Shown in pieces: positions 1 to 9,246 of a DNA stretch of 22,062 bases. Origin of the DNA: a candidate division WOR-3 bacterium (GTDB lineage: Bacteria > Hydrothermota > Tepidihabitantia > Tepidihabitantales > Tepidihabitantaceae). The notes below the pieces were generated by a model. The model saw only the letters and a program-made list of their open reading frames with translations. It ran no database searches and had not been told where the DNA came from. The translations under genes and the position numbers were made by a program. Within the stretch, counting starts at the first letter, position 1. Each line of letters opens with the position of its first letter. The DNA lies in contig JBDRUH010000021.1 in the NCBI GenBank assembly GCA_039801225.1, positions 1 to 22,062 on the forward strand. Reading direction: 5' to 3'.

Positions 1-1301
1 TTGGTGCCGGTCTGGTTTCAAGACCGATGGTGCGTTATCTTTTGAGTCTGCCAGAAGTTGAGGTAACGGTGGCAACTCGGACAGTGAAAAGGGCACAGGA
101 ACTTCTTGAAGGCGCGCCCCGAGGTAAAGCGGTGGCGCTCTTAGTTGAGGATGAAGCCGCCTTACATCGTCTGGTTGCTGATGCGGATGTGGTTGTGAGT
201 CTTCTTCCTTACATATATCACATTGCTGTTGCCCGGCATTGCGTTGAACTCAAAAGGCATCTGGTAACCACATCTTATGTGAGCGATGGGATGAGAGCGC
301 TGAATGAGGCGGCGAAGTCGGCGGGCGTCCTTTTCTTAAATGAGATTGGTCTTGACCCGGGAATTGACCATATGTCGGCAATGGCGATAATTGACCGGGT
401 GAATGATCAGGGAGGAAGAGTTACGAGTTTTATCTCCTCCTGCGGTGGTCTGCCGGCGCCAGAGGCAAATGACAACCCATTTGGTTATAAGTTTTCCTGG
501 AGTCCAAGGGGCGTTCTTATGGCGGGCAGAAACGAGGCGCGTTTTTTAAAAGATGGCAAAGAGGTGGTCATTCCGAGCACAAACTTATTCGCCTCTTTCT
601 GGAGATTGGGGATTCCGGGTATCGGTGAGTTTGAAGCCTATCCGAATCGCAACTCTCTTCCATATATAGACTTATACGGACTAAGTGGCATCAGAACAAT
701 GATCAGGGCAACCCTGCGCTACCCGGGCTGGTGCGAGACGATGAAGGCGATAAGCGAACTGGGGTTGATAAAGGATGACCGGGTGAGAGAAGGCATCTTC
801 GGCTTAACCTATGCCCAATGGTTAAGGGGGTTGGTGGCAGAAGAGGGGGATGTTAAATCGGCGGTGGCGAGGAAATTGGGGTTGCCTGTTGAGCATCCGA
901 TAATAAAACGGCTGGAATGGCTGGGGCTTTTTGCGGACAAGCCAATCGGTCTGGAAAGAGGCTCAGACATAGACATCCTGGCTAAGGCGATGGTGGAGAA
1001 GATGTCCTATAAACCCGGGGAAAGGGATATGATTGTCCTGAACCATCAGTTTGAGGTGGAGTATCCGGGAGATAAAAAGGAGAAAATATCTGCCACGCTG
1101 GTTGATTTCGGTATGCCGGGTGGAGACTCGGCAATGGCAAGAACGGTGAGTCTTCCTGCGGCGATTGCGGTAAAAATGATTCTTGAAGGGAAAATTAGAC
1201 TCACCGGTGTTCAGATTCCGGTTAGAAAGGAAATCTATCAACCGGTCCTTAGTGAACTGACAAAATTGGGGATTGAGTTTAAAGAGGTTTCAGAACTATA
1301 A
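1..1301 (+). CDS. Saccharopine dehydrogenase/reductase family protein, 5'-truncated by the window edge
   Basis: Frame is open upstream of the ORF-track ATG at 27: positions 3-26 read GAGLVSRP, part of the Rossmann glycine motif. Family motifs TTSYVS, NEIGLDPGIDH, GGLPAPE, YKFSWSPRG, YPNRNS, SAMARTV. Confidence 0.9.
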   Translation, partial: GAGLVSRPMVRYLLSLPEVEVTVATRTVKRAQELLEGAPRGKAVALLVEDEAALHRLVADADVVVSLLPYIYHIAVARHCVELKRHLVTTSYVSDGMRALNEAAKSAGVLFLNEIGLDPGIDHMSAMAIIDRVNDQGGRVTSFISSCGGLPAPEANDNPFGYKFSWSPRGVLMAGRNEARFLKDGKEVVIPSTNLFASFWRLGIPGIGEFEAYPNRNSLPYIDLYGLSGIRTMIRATLRYPGWCETMKAISELGLIKDDRVREGIFGLTYAQWLRGLVAEEGDVKSAVARKLGLPVEHPIIKRLEWLGLFADKPIGLERGSDIDILAKAMVEKMSYKPGERDMIVLNHQFEVEYPGDKKEKISATLVDFGMPGGDSAMARTVSLPAAIAVKMILEGKIRLTGVQIPVRKEIYQPVLSELTKLGIEFKEVSEL

Positions 1302-1416
1302 GCCATAAGAAATACAGTTTCTTCGGTGTAAGGCACTTGTCTTGAGCTTATTTAGGATGGCGGCAAATCAATGCTTTTTCTATAAAATATTTTCGGTAAT
1401 TTTTGAATGAATTATC

Positions 1417-1445
1417 TTGACAAAGAAGGAAAACTTCGTTATAAT
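1417..1445 (+). promoter_or_regulatory. Sigma70-type promoter, perfect consensus
   Basis: TTGACA (1417-1422), 17 bp spacer, TATAAT (1440-1445). AGGAGG Shine-Dalgarno at 1543-1548 precedes the next CDS. Confidence 0.85.
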
Positions 1446-1553
1446 CAAACCAGTAGGATTATCAGCCGAGTTGGTGCTGATAGCGATTTTATTTTTAGTT
1501 GCTCACGACAAGTGGGCGAAAAAGGAAAAGTGAAAATTTAAAAGGAGGCTATG

Positions 1554-4500
1554 ATGAAAAAGTTCGTTTTTGGTATAGTAGCCCTACTCGCCTTTGCCTT
1601 CGCCGATGTCTTGCTTTTTGAGACATTTGACCCACCTTGGAGTCAGAATAATCCACCATTAGGATGGGAAATTATCTACGACACGCTCAACCCGCAGAGT
1701 TATGCCGACTGGCACCAGAATGGGGCAAATGCCGCTCCTTGGAACAACCACCCCACACCTTATGCCGCCATCTGGTGGCAACTTTATCCCAACAATTCAC
1801 CTGATATATTTATTTCGCCGGTTATCAACTGCAGTCGCCATCGCAATGTTGTTCTTACCTGCAGCACCTACTTTTCCCATAAACTCTTTCAACCTTATAC
1901 CGCCCAGATTCGCTACTCAATTGATGGCGGTGCCACATTCCCCTATGTATTGCGGGACTACCATGGTCAGAATGTTGGACCAGGAGTTTTGGAGTCGCTA
2001 AATCTCTCCCTTGCCGCCCGAGAGGAGAGTGTCCGAATTGCCTGGATTTTTGATGGTGACCTCTGGTATATCAATCACTGGTTTTTTGATGATGTAATTG
2101 TAACCGGTGACTCTATCCCCTCTTATGATATATCCTGTAAGGAGATAGTCCGACCGAAGTATTATGAATTGCCCGGTGACTTCGTCCCTCACGCCAATTT
2201 TGCCAATGTTGGTTTAACTGACCAGTATGATATACCGGTCTTCTGCGAACTTATGGACAGTCTGGGTCATTCCCTGCAAATATGGAACGACACGATTGAC
2301 ACCCTCTTTGGCTTTAGTGGCGAGGAGGTGGTTTTCTTTGACTCAATTTCCTATCCGCTTACCGTTGGGCGTTATTCAATAAAATTCTGGTGTGACAATG
2401 ACCCCGATTATGACCGGTCTAATGACACCCTTTCCCGAGACTTCATTGTCTCTTATGTTGAGGAACTGTTTAATGACGATGGGTCAGCGACGCGATTTCG
2501 CAGTTGGCCAGTTGGGCATTGTGGCTGGGGGGTGAAGTTTTCGGTCTCTCAGCCGGTTTACATTGAATCACTGAAGGTTTATCTCGCCTCTCCTGCCGCT
2601 GCCTCACATTGCCGGTATCAACTTGCCATTTCCCGGGACAATGGCGGCGTCCCCGGTCCATTTATTTTCAAAACACCGGTTCTTTACTCTCCGCCTCTTT
2701 CTTCCGGCTGGAATTCGGTGTTCCTTGCTGACACCGGTGAGCAGATCATCGTTTCTGGAGACTTTTATGTCTTCTATCTGCAGGTTGGTGAACCACCGGA
2801 ATGTCCTCAGTTAGGAATGGACAATCAACTTAATAACCCGGACGTCTACTGGTGTTATTATCCTGACGGCACTTTCTTACCCGATACCCCACCCGGTGAT
2901 TTAATGATTCGGGCGTTTGTGAACTACGACACCGTGCAGTTAGCGATTTCTGATGCACGGGTGACATTTATTGAACAGCCATTATACGAATTTATCCAGC
3001 GACCGTTTGATGCCCCCTGTCCGCTTGTTGCCCATATTGAAAACTTCGGCATTGCCACCCTGAGAGATATTGCGGTTGTCTGCTCGGTAATTGACCCGAG
3101 TAATAACCTGCTTTTCTCCGACACGGTGAATGTTCCGCTCCTTGACTCCGGGCAGACCTTACGGGTGGAATTCGCGCCTTGGACACCGCTCGTTTCTCAA
3201 CCCTGCTCAATCATTGTCCACACCACCATTTTAACTCCGCCGCCGGATGATGTCCCCGAGAATGACGACAAAAGATTCGGTTGTGATATTAAGAGGGGCG
3301 TATTCACCGGTCGCAACCCGTCAGGTTATGCCTGGATTGACTCCGATACAACCGACGGTCCGGTTTACTCCTGGATTGATACTACGGGATTTTCTGTTGT
3401 CCTTGTTAATGATGATGATGCCCATATCTGGGTGCCGATTGGCTTCAAATTCCCATTTTCCGATACCACCTACCAGGACTGCTATGTCTGCACCAACGGC
3501 TGGCTCTCGCTCGGTTCTGACCCTCATACCAATGCGCCCAATCCGCATCGCCTGCCTTTTGACAGTTTACCCAATGCCGGGATCTATCCCTGGTGGGATG
3601 ACTTAGTTTTGGGCTCTACCGGCAAGGTTTATTACAAAACGATTGGCACCCAACCCAACCGCCAGTTTGTTGTTATCTGGAGCGATGTCAACCGCAAAGG
3701 AACTGCCCCAGAAGACCTATTGACCTTTGAGGTAATCCTAAAGGAAAATGGCTGTATTCTCTTTCAGTATAAAGATGTTACAACCGGCGACCTTTCTTAT
3801 GACTACGGGAAAAACATCTCGGTCGGAATAGAGAACAAAGAAGGTCACGCCGGACTCAACTATCTCTACTCCCTACCGCCGATGTCACTGGCTACCAACG
3901 ACCCGCAAAACCGGCTGACACCAGGAAGGGCGATTAAACTTTATCGGGAGTTCCGCGATGCTGCTGCCCTTGAAATTATTAAACCCGAGTCCAATATCTT
4001 CCCCGAAACGATAAATCCAGTAGTGAAGGTCCAGAATTACGGCACAATTGGCGATACGATTATGACCTATTTCCGGATTACCCCGCCGAATGATCCCGAC
4101 TCAATTCTTTATCTTGATTCTCTCCTTATAACCGGAATAAAACCGGGCGCGGAAACCACCGTCACTTTTGCCACCTCTTGGTGTAGTAGGGGCACATTTA
4201 CCGCCACCTGCTCGGTAGTGATGACCGAGGATGTAAATCCCGGCAACGATATAATCACCAAGACATTTGGCGCATCGCCCTGGGTCCAGCGGCAGGATGT
4301 TCCATTTGGTCCTACCGCCCGAAGGGTAAAAAATGGCTCCCTGGTTTATGCCTCCACTACCAACAAGCTCTATGCCCTTAAAGGTTCAAATACCAATGAG
4401 TTTTACGCCTACGATATCGCTACCGGCACCTGGGACTCTCTTGCCAGTATGCCTACAGCGCCATCAGGCAGAAGAGCTAAGGAAGGCTGTGACCTTACCT

Positions 4501-5561
4501 TTGACCCCTTCCATGGCACTTCGGGCACCATCTGGGCGATAAAAGGTGGTGGAAAGGCTGACTTCTATTCTTATGACATCGCCACCAATTCCTGGACACT
4601 TCAGCCCAATGTTCAGAACACCCCGCGATTACCCCAAAAGGGTGCCTGTCTTGCCTGTGTGCCTACCTATGGGAGTCAGGGTGCGATCTACTGTGCGGTT
4701 GGGAAAAACTCTTTGATTTTCCTTCGTTATGATATTGATAGTGCCAAGTGGACAAGATTGCCTGATGTTCCCTTTAGCGCTGAACGGAAAAGGAGGTGTC
4801 GCCACGGCACCGATATGGTCTATGACGGTGATAGCATTATTTACCTACTCAAAGGGTCCAATACCACTGAGGTATGGAAATACTCACCCGTTCATAATGA
4901 ATGGCGCGCCACGCCCCTTGACCCAATTAGTTTACTGGGACGGAGCAATCGCCGGGTGAAAGATGGTGGTGCCATAACCTTCTTCAATAACAACCTGTAT
5001 GTTCTCAAAGGCGGTAACACTCAGGAGTTCTGGCGGTATGATGTTGTTACTGATACCTGGCTGCAGCGCACGGACATTCCGTTTTCCATAAGCGGTTTCC
5101 GGCGCAAGGTAAAAAGAGGCAGTGCCCTCGCTGCTACCGAGTCGGCGATTTTCTGTCTGAAAGGTTCTTCAACCTGGGAGTTCTGGGAGTACCGTCCTCA
5201 CACCGATACTGTAGGAGCAACTTTATACGCCACCGCCACCCCGCGCCGGGAAGGTGTTATGGCAGAAAAGACCGCCCTGCCAACCATTACCGCGCTTTCG
5301 GTCTATCCTAACCCTAACCCGTCCACAAATATTACCATCAATTATGCCCTTCCTTCTTCAAATCCGGTCCGGATTCAGGTTTATGATATAACCGGCACAC
5401 TCGTCAAGACTTTGGTTGATGGTCCAATGCCTGCAGGCAGATATGCTATCACCTGGAACTGTCTCACTGATAAAGGTGTTAAGGTTTCGGCGGGTGTTTA
5501 CTTCCTCAAACTTAAGACCGCCACCACCACTTTGACCCAGAAACTCGTCATTCAGCACTGA
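1554..5561 (+). CDS. Large secreted multidomain protein: adhesin/MAM-like N-terminus, CARDB-like Ig domains, NIDO-like domain, kelch beta-propeller, T9SS type A/FlgD-Ig C-terminal domain
   Basis: Signal peptide MKKFVFGIVALLAFAFA; the second ATG (1554) is better spaced from AGGAGG than 1551. CARDB-like D..P.ND ends (DYDRSND, DDVPEND, DVNPGND); PIGFKFPF..YVCTNGWL; repeated LYALKG.NT.EF..YD; tail VYPNP..YDITG.LV..SAGVYFLKL..TQKLVI. Confidence 0.8.
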   Translation: MKKFVFGIVALLAFAFADVLLFETFDPPWSQNNPPLGWEIIYDTLNPQSYADWHQNGANAAPWNNHPTPYAAIWWQLYPNNSPDIFISPVINCSRHRNVVLTCSTYFSHKLFQPYTAQIRYSIDGGATFPYVLRDYHGQNVGPGVLESLNLSLAAREESVRIAWIFDGDLWYINHWFFDDVIVTGDSIPSYDISCKEIVRPKYYELPGDFVPHANFANVGLTDQYDIPVFCELMDSLGHSLQIWNDTIDTLFGFSGEEVVFFDSISYPLTVGRYSIKFWCDNDPDYDRSNDTLSRDFIVSYVEELFNDDGSATRFRSWPVGHCGWGVKFSVSQPVYIESLKVYLASPAAASHCRYQLAISRDNGGVPGPFIFKTPVLYSPPLSSGWNSVFLADTGEQIIVSGDFYVFYLQVGEPPECPQLGMDNQLNNPDVYWCYYPDGTFLPDTPPGDLMIRAFVNYDTVQLAISDARVTFIEQPLYEFIQRPFDAPCPLVAHIENFGIATLRDIAVVCSVIDPSNNLLFSDTVNVPLLDSGQTLRVEFAPWTPLVSQPCSIIVHTTILTPPPDDVPENDDKRFGCDIKRGVFTGRNPSGYAWIDSDTTDGPVYSWIDTTGFSVVLVNDDDAHIWVPIGFKFPFSDTTYQDCYVCTNGWLSLGSDPHTNAPNPHRLPFDSLPNAGIYPWWDDLVLGSTGKVYYKTIGTQPNRQFVVIWSDVNRKGTAPEDLLTFEVILKENGCILFQYKDVTTGDLSYDYGKNISVGIENKEGHAGLNYLYSLPPMSLATNDPQNRLTPGRAIKLYREFRDAAALEIIKPESNIFPETINPVVKVQNYGTIGDTIMTYFRITPPNDPDSILYLDSLLITGIKPGAETTVTFATSWCSRGTFTATCSVVMTEDVNPGNDIITKTFGASPWVQRQDVPFGPTARRVKNGSLVYASTTNKLYALKGSNTNEFYAYDIATGTWDSLASMPTAPSGRRAKEGCDLTFDPFHGTSGTIWAIKGGGKADFYSYDIATNSWTLQPNVQNTPRLPQKGACLACVPTYGSQGAIYCAVGKNSLIFLRYDIDSAKWTRLPDVPFSAERKRRCRHGTDMVYDGDSIIYLLKGSNTTEVWKYSPVHNEWRATPLDPISLLGRSNRRVKDGGAITFFNNNLYVLKGGNTQEFWRYDVVTDTWLQRTDIPFSISGFRRKVKRGSALAATESAIFCLKGSSTWEFWEYRPHTDTVGATLYATATPRREGVMAEKTALPTITALSVYPNPNPSTNITINYALPSSNPVRIQVYDITGTLVKTLVDGPMPAGRYAITWNCLTDKGVKVSAGVYFLKLKTATTTLTQKLVIQH

Positions 5562-5574
5562 GTCTATAAATCTT

Positions 5575-5610
5575 AAGAGGGCAGCCCATTTTTTCGGGCT
5601 GCCCTCTTTT
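5575..5610. terminator. Intrinsic terminator between convergent genes, probably bidirectional
   Basis: 13-bp perfect stem AAGAGGGCAGCCC (5575-5587) / GGGCTGCCCTCTT (5596-5608), 8-nt loop, T-run on the + strand. Confidence 0.85.
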
Positions 5611-5611
5611 G

Positions 5612-5893
5612 TTAAAACCGGTACCAAAGATAAATGGCGAAAACAATAAGAATTACGGCAAAAGTGGTTACAGAAAATGAGAATCCAAAGGTAAAAGTGG
5701 CAAAGCCGAGATTGATGGTAAATATGGGGACTCCCACCTGAGCCGACTTAAAGAAAAAGTCCCGCACCGGTCCAGAAGGGAAAAGCCCGGAAAGAAAATA
5801 GGAGACGATACTCCCACTAATCCCAGCGACAACCACCGCCAGGATTAAAAGTGCGATTGACCTGCCGCCAGCACGAACCATTCGACTCTTCAT
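5612..5893 (-). CDS. Small membrane protein, DUF4321-like
   Basis: 93 aa with hydrophobic N-terminal helix, TINLGFATFTFGFSF motif and hydrophobic C-terminal segment; start may be the second Met (MVRAGG). Confidence 0.65.
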   Translation of the reverse strand: MKSRMVRAGGRSIALLILAVVVAGISGSIVSYFLSGLFPSGPVRDFFFKSAQVGVPIFTINLGFATFTFGFSFSVTTFAVILIVFAIYLWYRF

Positions 5894-6039
5894 AGGATTA
5901 CCTAAATATAACTCCGGCTATTTCTTAATCAAGCATCGCATAATGACCTACGGGCTGAAACGAGTTTAATAAAGGCTCCCTTTCAGAGCGATTTCAACCA
6001 CTAAGATAAAGGGGTGTGTCTTTTTATTTGATTGTAAAA

Positions 6040-6462
6040 TCAAGACTTAATAACTTTGCCTAGATCTATCAGGTGGATGACCTGCCAATTTTTTTGTTTG
6101 AGTGTGGCACTGATAAACCTTCGGTGGCAGCGCCAGGGAAGCGTCTCGGCGCACATAATTGCACTTGGTGCTAAATTGCAGATTTGCACCAGTCGGTCAA
6201 TTCCTCGCTGATATTCTAAAACGAGGATGTAATTTTTGTAGCCACCTTTCCGGTAACCACCAAGTTCCGAACCAAGATAGTAATAATCAATTTTGGCAAG
6301 GGTGAGATGTTTTTTAAGATTCTCTTGACAAAAGTGCTCAAACCGACTGGTAGGAAACCGACGGACATCAATCAGGTTTTTGATACTATTAGTCTGAAGT
6401 AAATAAAGGAATTGCTCAATTGTTCGGGTGCCGGTCCCGATGGTGTAGACAGTTTTATTCAA
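6040..6462 (-). CDS. DUF488 family protein
   Basis: VYTIG, LIDVRRFPTSR, LGG.R and IMCAE..PWRCHR motifs; overlaps the upstream M16 gene by 8 bp, suggesting translational coupling. Confidence 0.85.
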   Translation of the reverse strand: MNKTVYTIGTGTRTIEQFLYLLQTNSIKNLIDVRRFPTSRFEHFCQENLKKHLTLAKIDYYYLGSELGGYRKGGYKNYILVLEYQRGIDRLVQICNLAPSAIMCAETLPWRCHRRFISATLKQKNWQVIHLIDLGKVIKS

Positions 6463-7804
6463 TCCACTCTACATTAGTGAGATTGAGCTCTTCTTTAGTA
6501 ATATTGCCCACTATCACCATTATATAACGGTCGGGTTTAAGGCGCTCCTTTGCCGCTCTATTCACCTGTTCAATTGTTGTAGCCTTTACCTTTTCGGGAA
6601 AGGTCTCCAGCCAGTCAATACCATAACGGTATAGTTCCTGATTGGTTATTTGTTCCAGTTTGCCCTGGTTGGAACTGTAGGTTAAGGGGAAACTGCCGGT
6701 GAAGTAGTTATGCGCCTTTAATAGTTCCTGGGGTGTTGCGCCGTTTTCGGACATTTTGCTGATTTCAGCAAACATCTTATTTATCGCCTCGCTGGGTTTA
6801 GCGGTCTGAACTGTAGCGCGGAAAGCCCCGGTTAATAGCCGGCGGTCAAACCAGCACCGGACATCATAGGCAAGTCCGCCATACTCCCTGACCGCCAGAC
6901 CCATCCTTGATGATAAGGGCGGACCGCCAAGGATATAGGACATCAACCGAATCGGTATAAGGTCAGAATCTAACGCCGAGATGCCAGGATGTCCAAAATG
7001 AATGTAGGTCTGATTCATATCCGGACGGGTGATAAGTTTCACCTGGGTTCTTTCCGGTAAATCAGGTTCAGGGGCGACCGCCAAAGGAACTGGTTCAGGT
7101 AACCAGCGGGCGAAAATTTGGGCAATTTCATTCTTGACCTGTTGGTGGTCAATGTCACCGACAACGACAATAAAACAGTTATTCGGCACGAAATGCTTTT
7201 GGTGAAACTGGCGCAGGTCTTCAATGGTGATTTGCGGAATAGTGTTGGTATCACCCCGTACCGGCAGGGCGTAACGATGACCGCCGAATAGGAGTCGGTC
7301 AAATTCCATAGAAACAACCGCATTGGGATGGTCATAAGAACGCCGGCTGGACATCAGCGCCTCTTCACGGGCACGCTCAAACTCCTGTTGGGCAAACGCC
7401 GGGTTGCGCACTATGTCGGCAATTATGCCCAGACCGGTATTAAAATCCTTGACCAAAAGGCGGAGGTTGAGATAAGAGTGGTCAAAATCGGCACCGGAAT
7501 AGTAGCGGGCGCCCAGGAAGTCAAGAATGGTGGTAATAGAATCGGCAGAGAGATTTTTTGTCCCGCGCAAAAGCATCTGGGCACAGAGGCTGGCAACACC
7601 GGCTTTTTCAACCGGGTCAAAAGCAGCCCCGGAGCGACAGACAAATGAGATGTCAACCATTGGTAAGCGGTGGTCCTCATAGGTGAGGATGATTAAACCG
7701 CTGTCAAGCGAGTCCCGGAAAAGGGGCAGGGAACACAGAGAGTTACTCGGTATCAGGATGCAGAATGCAAAATTCAGGAGACAAAATGCAAAATTGTTTT
7801 TCAT
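6455..7804 (-). CDS. M16 (pitrilysin/insulinase) family protein, non-catalytic subunit
   Basis: GAAFDP..KAGVA without HxxEH, F.PNN..IVVVGD, ILGG...SSR...VRE..GLAY (R/Y substrate-binding motif); N-terminal signal peptide. Confidence 0.88.
   Translation of the reverse strand: MKNNFAFCLLNFAFCILIPSNSLCSLPLFRDSLDSGLIILTYEDHRLPMVDISFVCRSGAAFDPVEKAGVASLCAQMLLRGTKNLSADSITTILDFLGARYYSGADFDHSYLNLRLLVKDFNTGLGIIADIVRNPAFAQQEFERAREEALMSSRRSYDHPNAVVSMEFDRLLFGGHRYALPVRGDTNTIPQITIEDLRQFHQKHFVPNNCFIVVVGDIDHQQVKNEIAQIFARWLPEPVPLAVAPEPDLPERTQVKLITRPDMNQTYIHFGHPGISALDSDLIPIRLMSYILGGPPLSSRMGLAVREYGGLAYDVRCWFDRRLLTGAFRATVQTAKPSEAINKMFAEISKMSENGATPQELLKAHNYFTGSFPLTYSSNQGKLEQITNQELYRYGIDWLETFPEKVKATTIEQVNRAAKERLKPDRYIMVIVGNITKEELNLTNVEWIE
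7754..7795. repeat. Six imperfect heptamers (two 21-bp units) inside the signal-peptide coding region
   Basis: CAGGATG CAGAATG CAAAATT CAGGAGA CAAAATG CAAAATT on +; encodes NFAFCLL NFAFCIL on -. Confidence 0.8.
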
Positions 7805-7813
7805 CTTTGCTCC

Positions 7814-9112
7814 TTATTTCTCCGGCAGAAGTATTCCGACAGTGCGGTGTCTTTCGGTTAAATATTTTTTTAGGAATTGTTGGACCTGTTCTGGTGTCGC
7901 TTTCTCAATCGTTGCCATCCGGTCAATAAAAGCCCGCCAGTTGCCAAGAGTGATGTGAGATGTTGCCAAGAGATAGGCGATGCCCGAGACATCGTCTCTA
8001 TCAAATATATATTCGGCAAGGACCTGATTTTTCACTCGGGTCAGTTCCTGCTCGGTTACCGGTGCGGTTTTCATCCTATTTAGTTCCTGATAGATAATCT
8101 CTTCTATCTTTGGAATGAGCGTTTCTGACTTGGGGGTAATCATAAAATACAAAAGCCCCGGGTCTTTCTCCACCGAATTCCAGACCGAGACTGATGTAGC
8201 CAGAGCGGAGTCAAGCACCAGGATGCGATAGAGCCGGGAGTTGCGACCGGAGCCAAGGATGCTGGCAGCAACATCACCGATGATATAAAGGGAGTCTTGA
8301 ACTCCTGGGGTGGGAAAACCGATGAGCAATGTCGGGACTGAGACCCTTTTCCGCACTGTTACACGGCGTTCACCGGCAAGTTCGGGTTCAATATTATAGT
8401 AGTCAGCCCTTTTTACCGGTTTGCCCTTGATTCGGCCAAAATACTTTTCCACCTTTGCCTTCACTTCATCCGGTCTTATGTCGCCGGCAATTACCAGCAG
8501 CGCATTTGCCGGATTGTAATAACGACGATACCAATCCCGGACCTTTTCTACAGTAAAGCTTGTTACATCCCAAGACCAGCCAATGGTCGGATTGCGATGG
8601 GGATGGACAAGATTGGCAATTGCTTCAAACTGCTCCCAGAGTGCGGCGGTCGGGCGGTTGTCCCAGAGCCTTCGTTCCTCGGCAACAACCTGATGTTCAC
8701 TCTCAAACTCCGAATCGGGAAAGACACACCTGGCCATTCTTGCCGCCTCAAGTTTCAGCGCCAGTTCCCAGCGGTCTTTGGCAATCTCCTCATAATAGCC
8801 GGTGTAATAGGTTGAGGTGAAGCCGTTGTTAAATGCACCAACCGAGTCTAAAATCCGGTCAAAATCCCCCGGTTTATAGATGTCGGTGTGCTTGAAACTC
8901 ATATGCTCAAGCATATGGGAGATACCAGTATATCCGGGCTGTTCATCATAAGAACCGACCCGGTAGTAAACATTGACTGACACCACCGGTGCCGATGAAT
9001 CAATATAGCCGATTACCTCAAGACCGTTTTTCAGTTGGAACTCAAAGATGCGCGATTCAATTGGTTCGGAAAGGCTGGCTAATAAGAAAAGAGTAAATAT
9101 GTTTATCATCAT
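7814..9112 (-). CDS. M16 family zinc metallopeptidase, catalytic subunit
   Basis: HMLEH (HxxEH) zinc motif, NGFTS, EHQVVAEE, YYNPANALLVIAGD. Start re-called at 9112 (MMINIFTLFLLAS, signal peptide) because the ORF-track extension runs through a tRNA. Confidence 0.9.
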   Translation of the reverse strand: MMINIFTLFLLASLSEPIESRIFEFQLKNGLEVIGYIDSSAPVVSVNVYYRVGSYDEQPGYTGISHMLEHMSFKHTDIYKPGDFDRILDSVGAFNNGFTSTYYTGYYEEIAKDRWELALKLEAARMARCVFPDSEFESEHQVVAEERRLWDNRPTAALWEQFEAIANLVHPHRNPTIGWSWDVTSFTVEKVRDWYRRYYNPANALLVIAGDIRPDEVKAKVEKYFGRIKGKPVKRADYYNIEPELAGERRVTVRKRVSVPTLLIGFPTPGVQDSLYIIGDVAASILGSGRNSRLYRILVLDSALATSVSVWNSVEKDPGLLYFMITPKSETLIPKIEEIIYQELNRMKTAPVTEQELTRVKNQVLAEYIFDRDDVSGIAYLLATSHITLGNWRAFIDRMATIEKATPEQVQQFLKKYLTERHRTVGILLPEK

Positions 9113-9122
9113 AATAATAATA

Positions 9123-9208
9123 TGCCGAAGGTGGGAGTTGAACCCACAAGCCCATCGCTGAGCGGCGGATTTTGAGTCCGCTGCGTCTGCCAGTTCCGCC
9201 ACTTCGGC
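9123..9208 (-). tRNA. tRNA-Leu(CAA)
   Basis: Minus strand GCCGAAGTGGCGGAACTGGCAGACGCAGCGGA-CTCAAAA-TCCGC, long variable arm, GTGGG-TTCAACT-CCCAC, CTTCGGC-A; no encoded CCA. Confidence 0.95.
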
Positions 9209-9218
9209 CGACGATTCA

Positions 9219-9246
9219 ATTTTAGGGCAAGAGAAGTTAAAGTCAA
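9219..9246 (-). promoter_or_regulatory. Sigma70-type promoter for tRNA-Leu/M16 operon
   Basis: TTGACT (9246-9241), 16 bp, TAAAAT (9224-9219), ending 10 nt before the tRNA 5' end. Confidence 0.7.

Noticed and set aside
5933..5962. dif-like XerC half-site (ATCGCATAA)
   Set aside because: No XerD arm (TTATGTTAAAT-like) after the 6-bp spacer.
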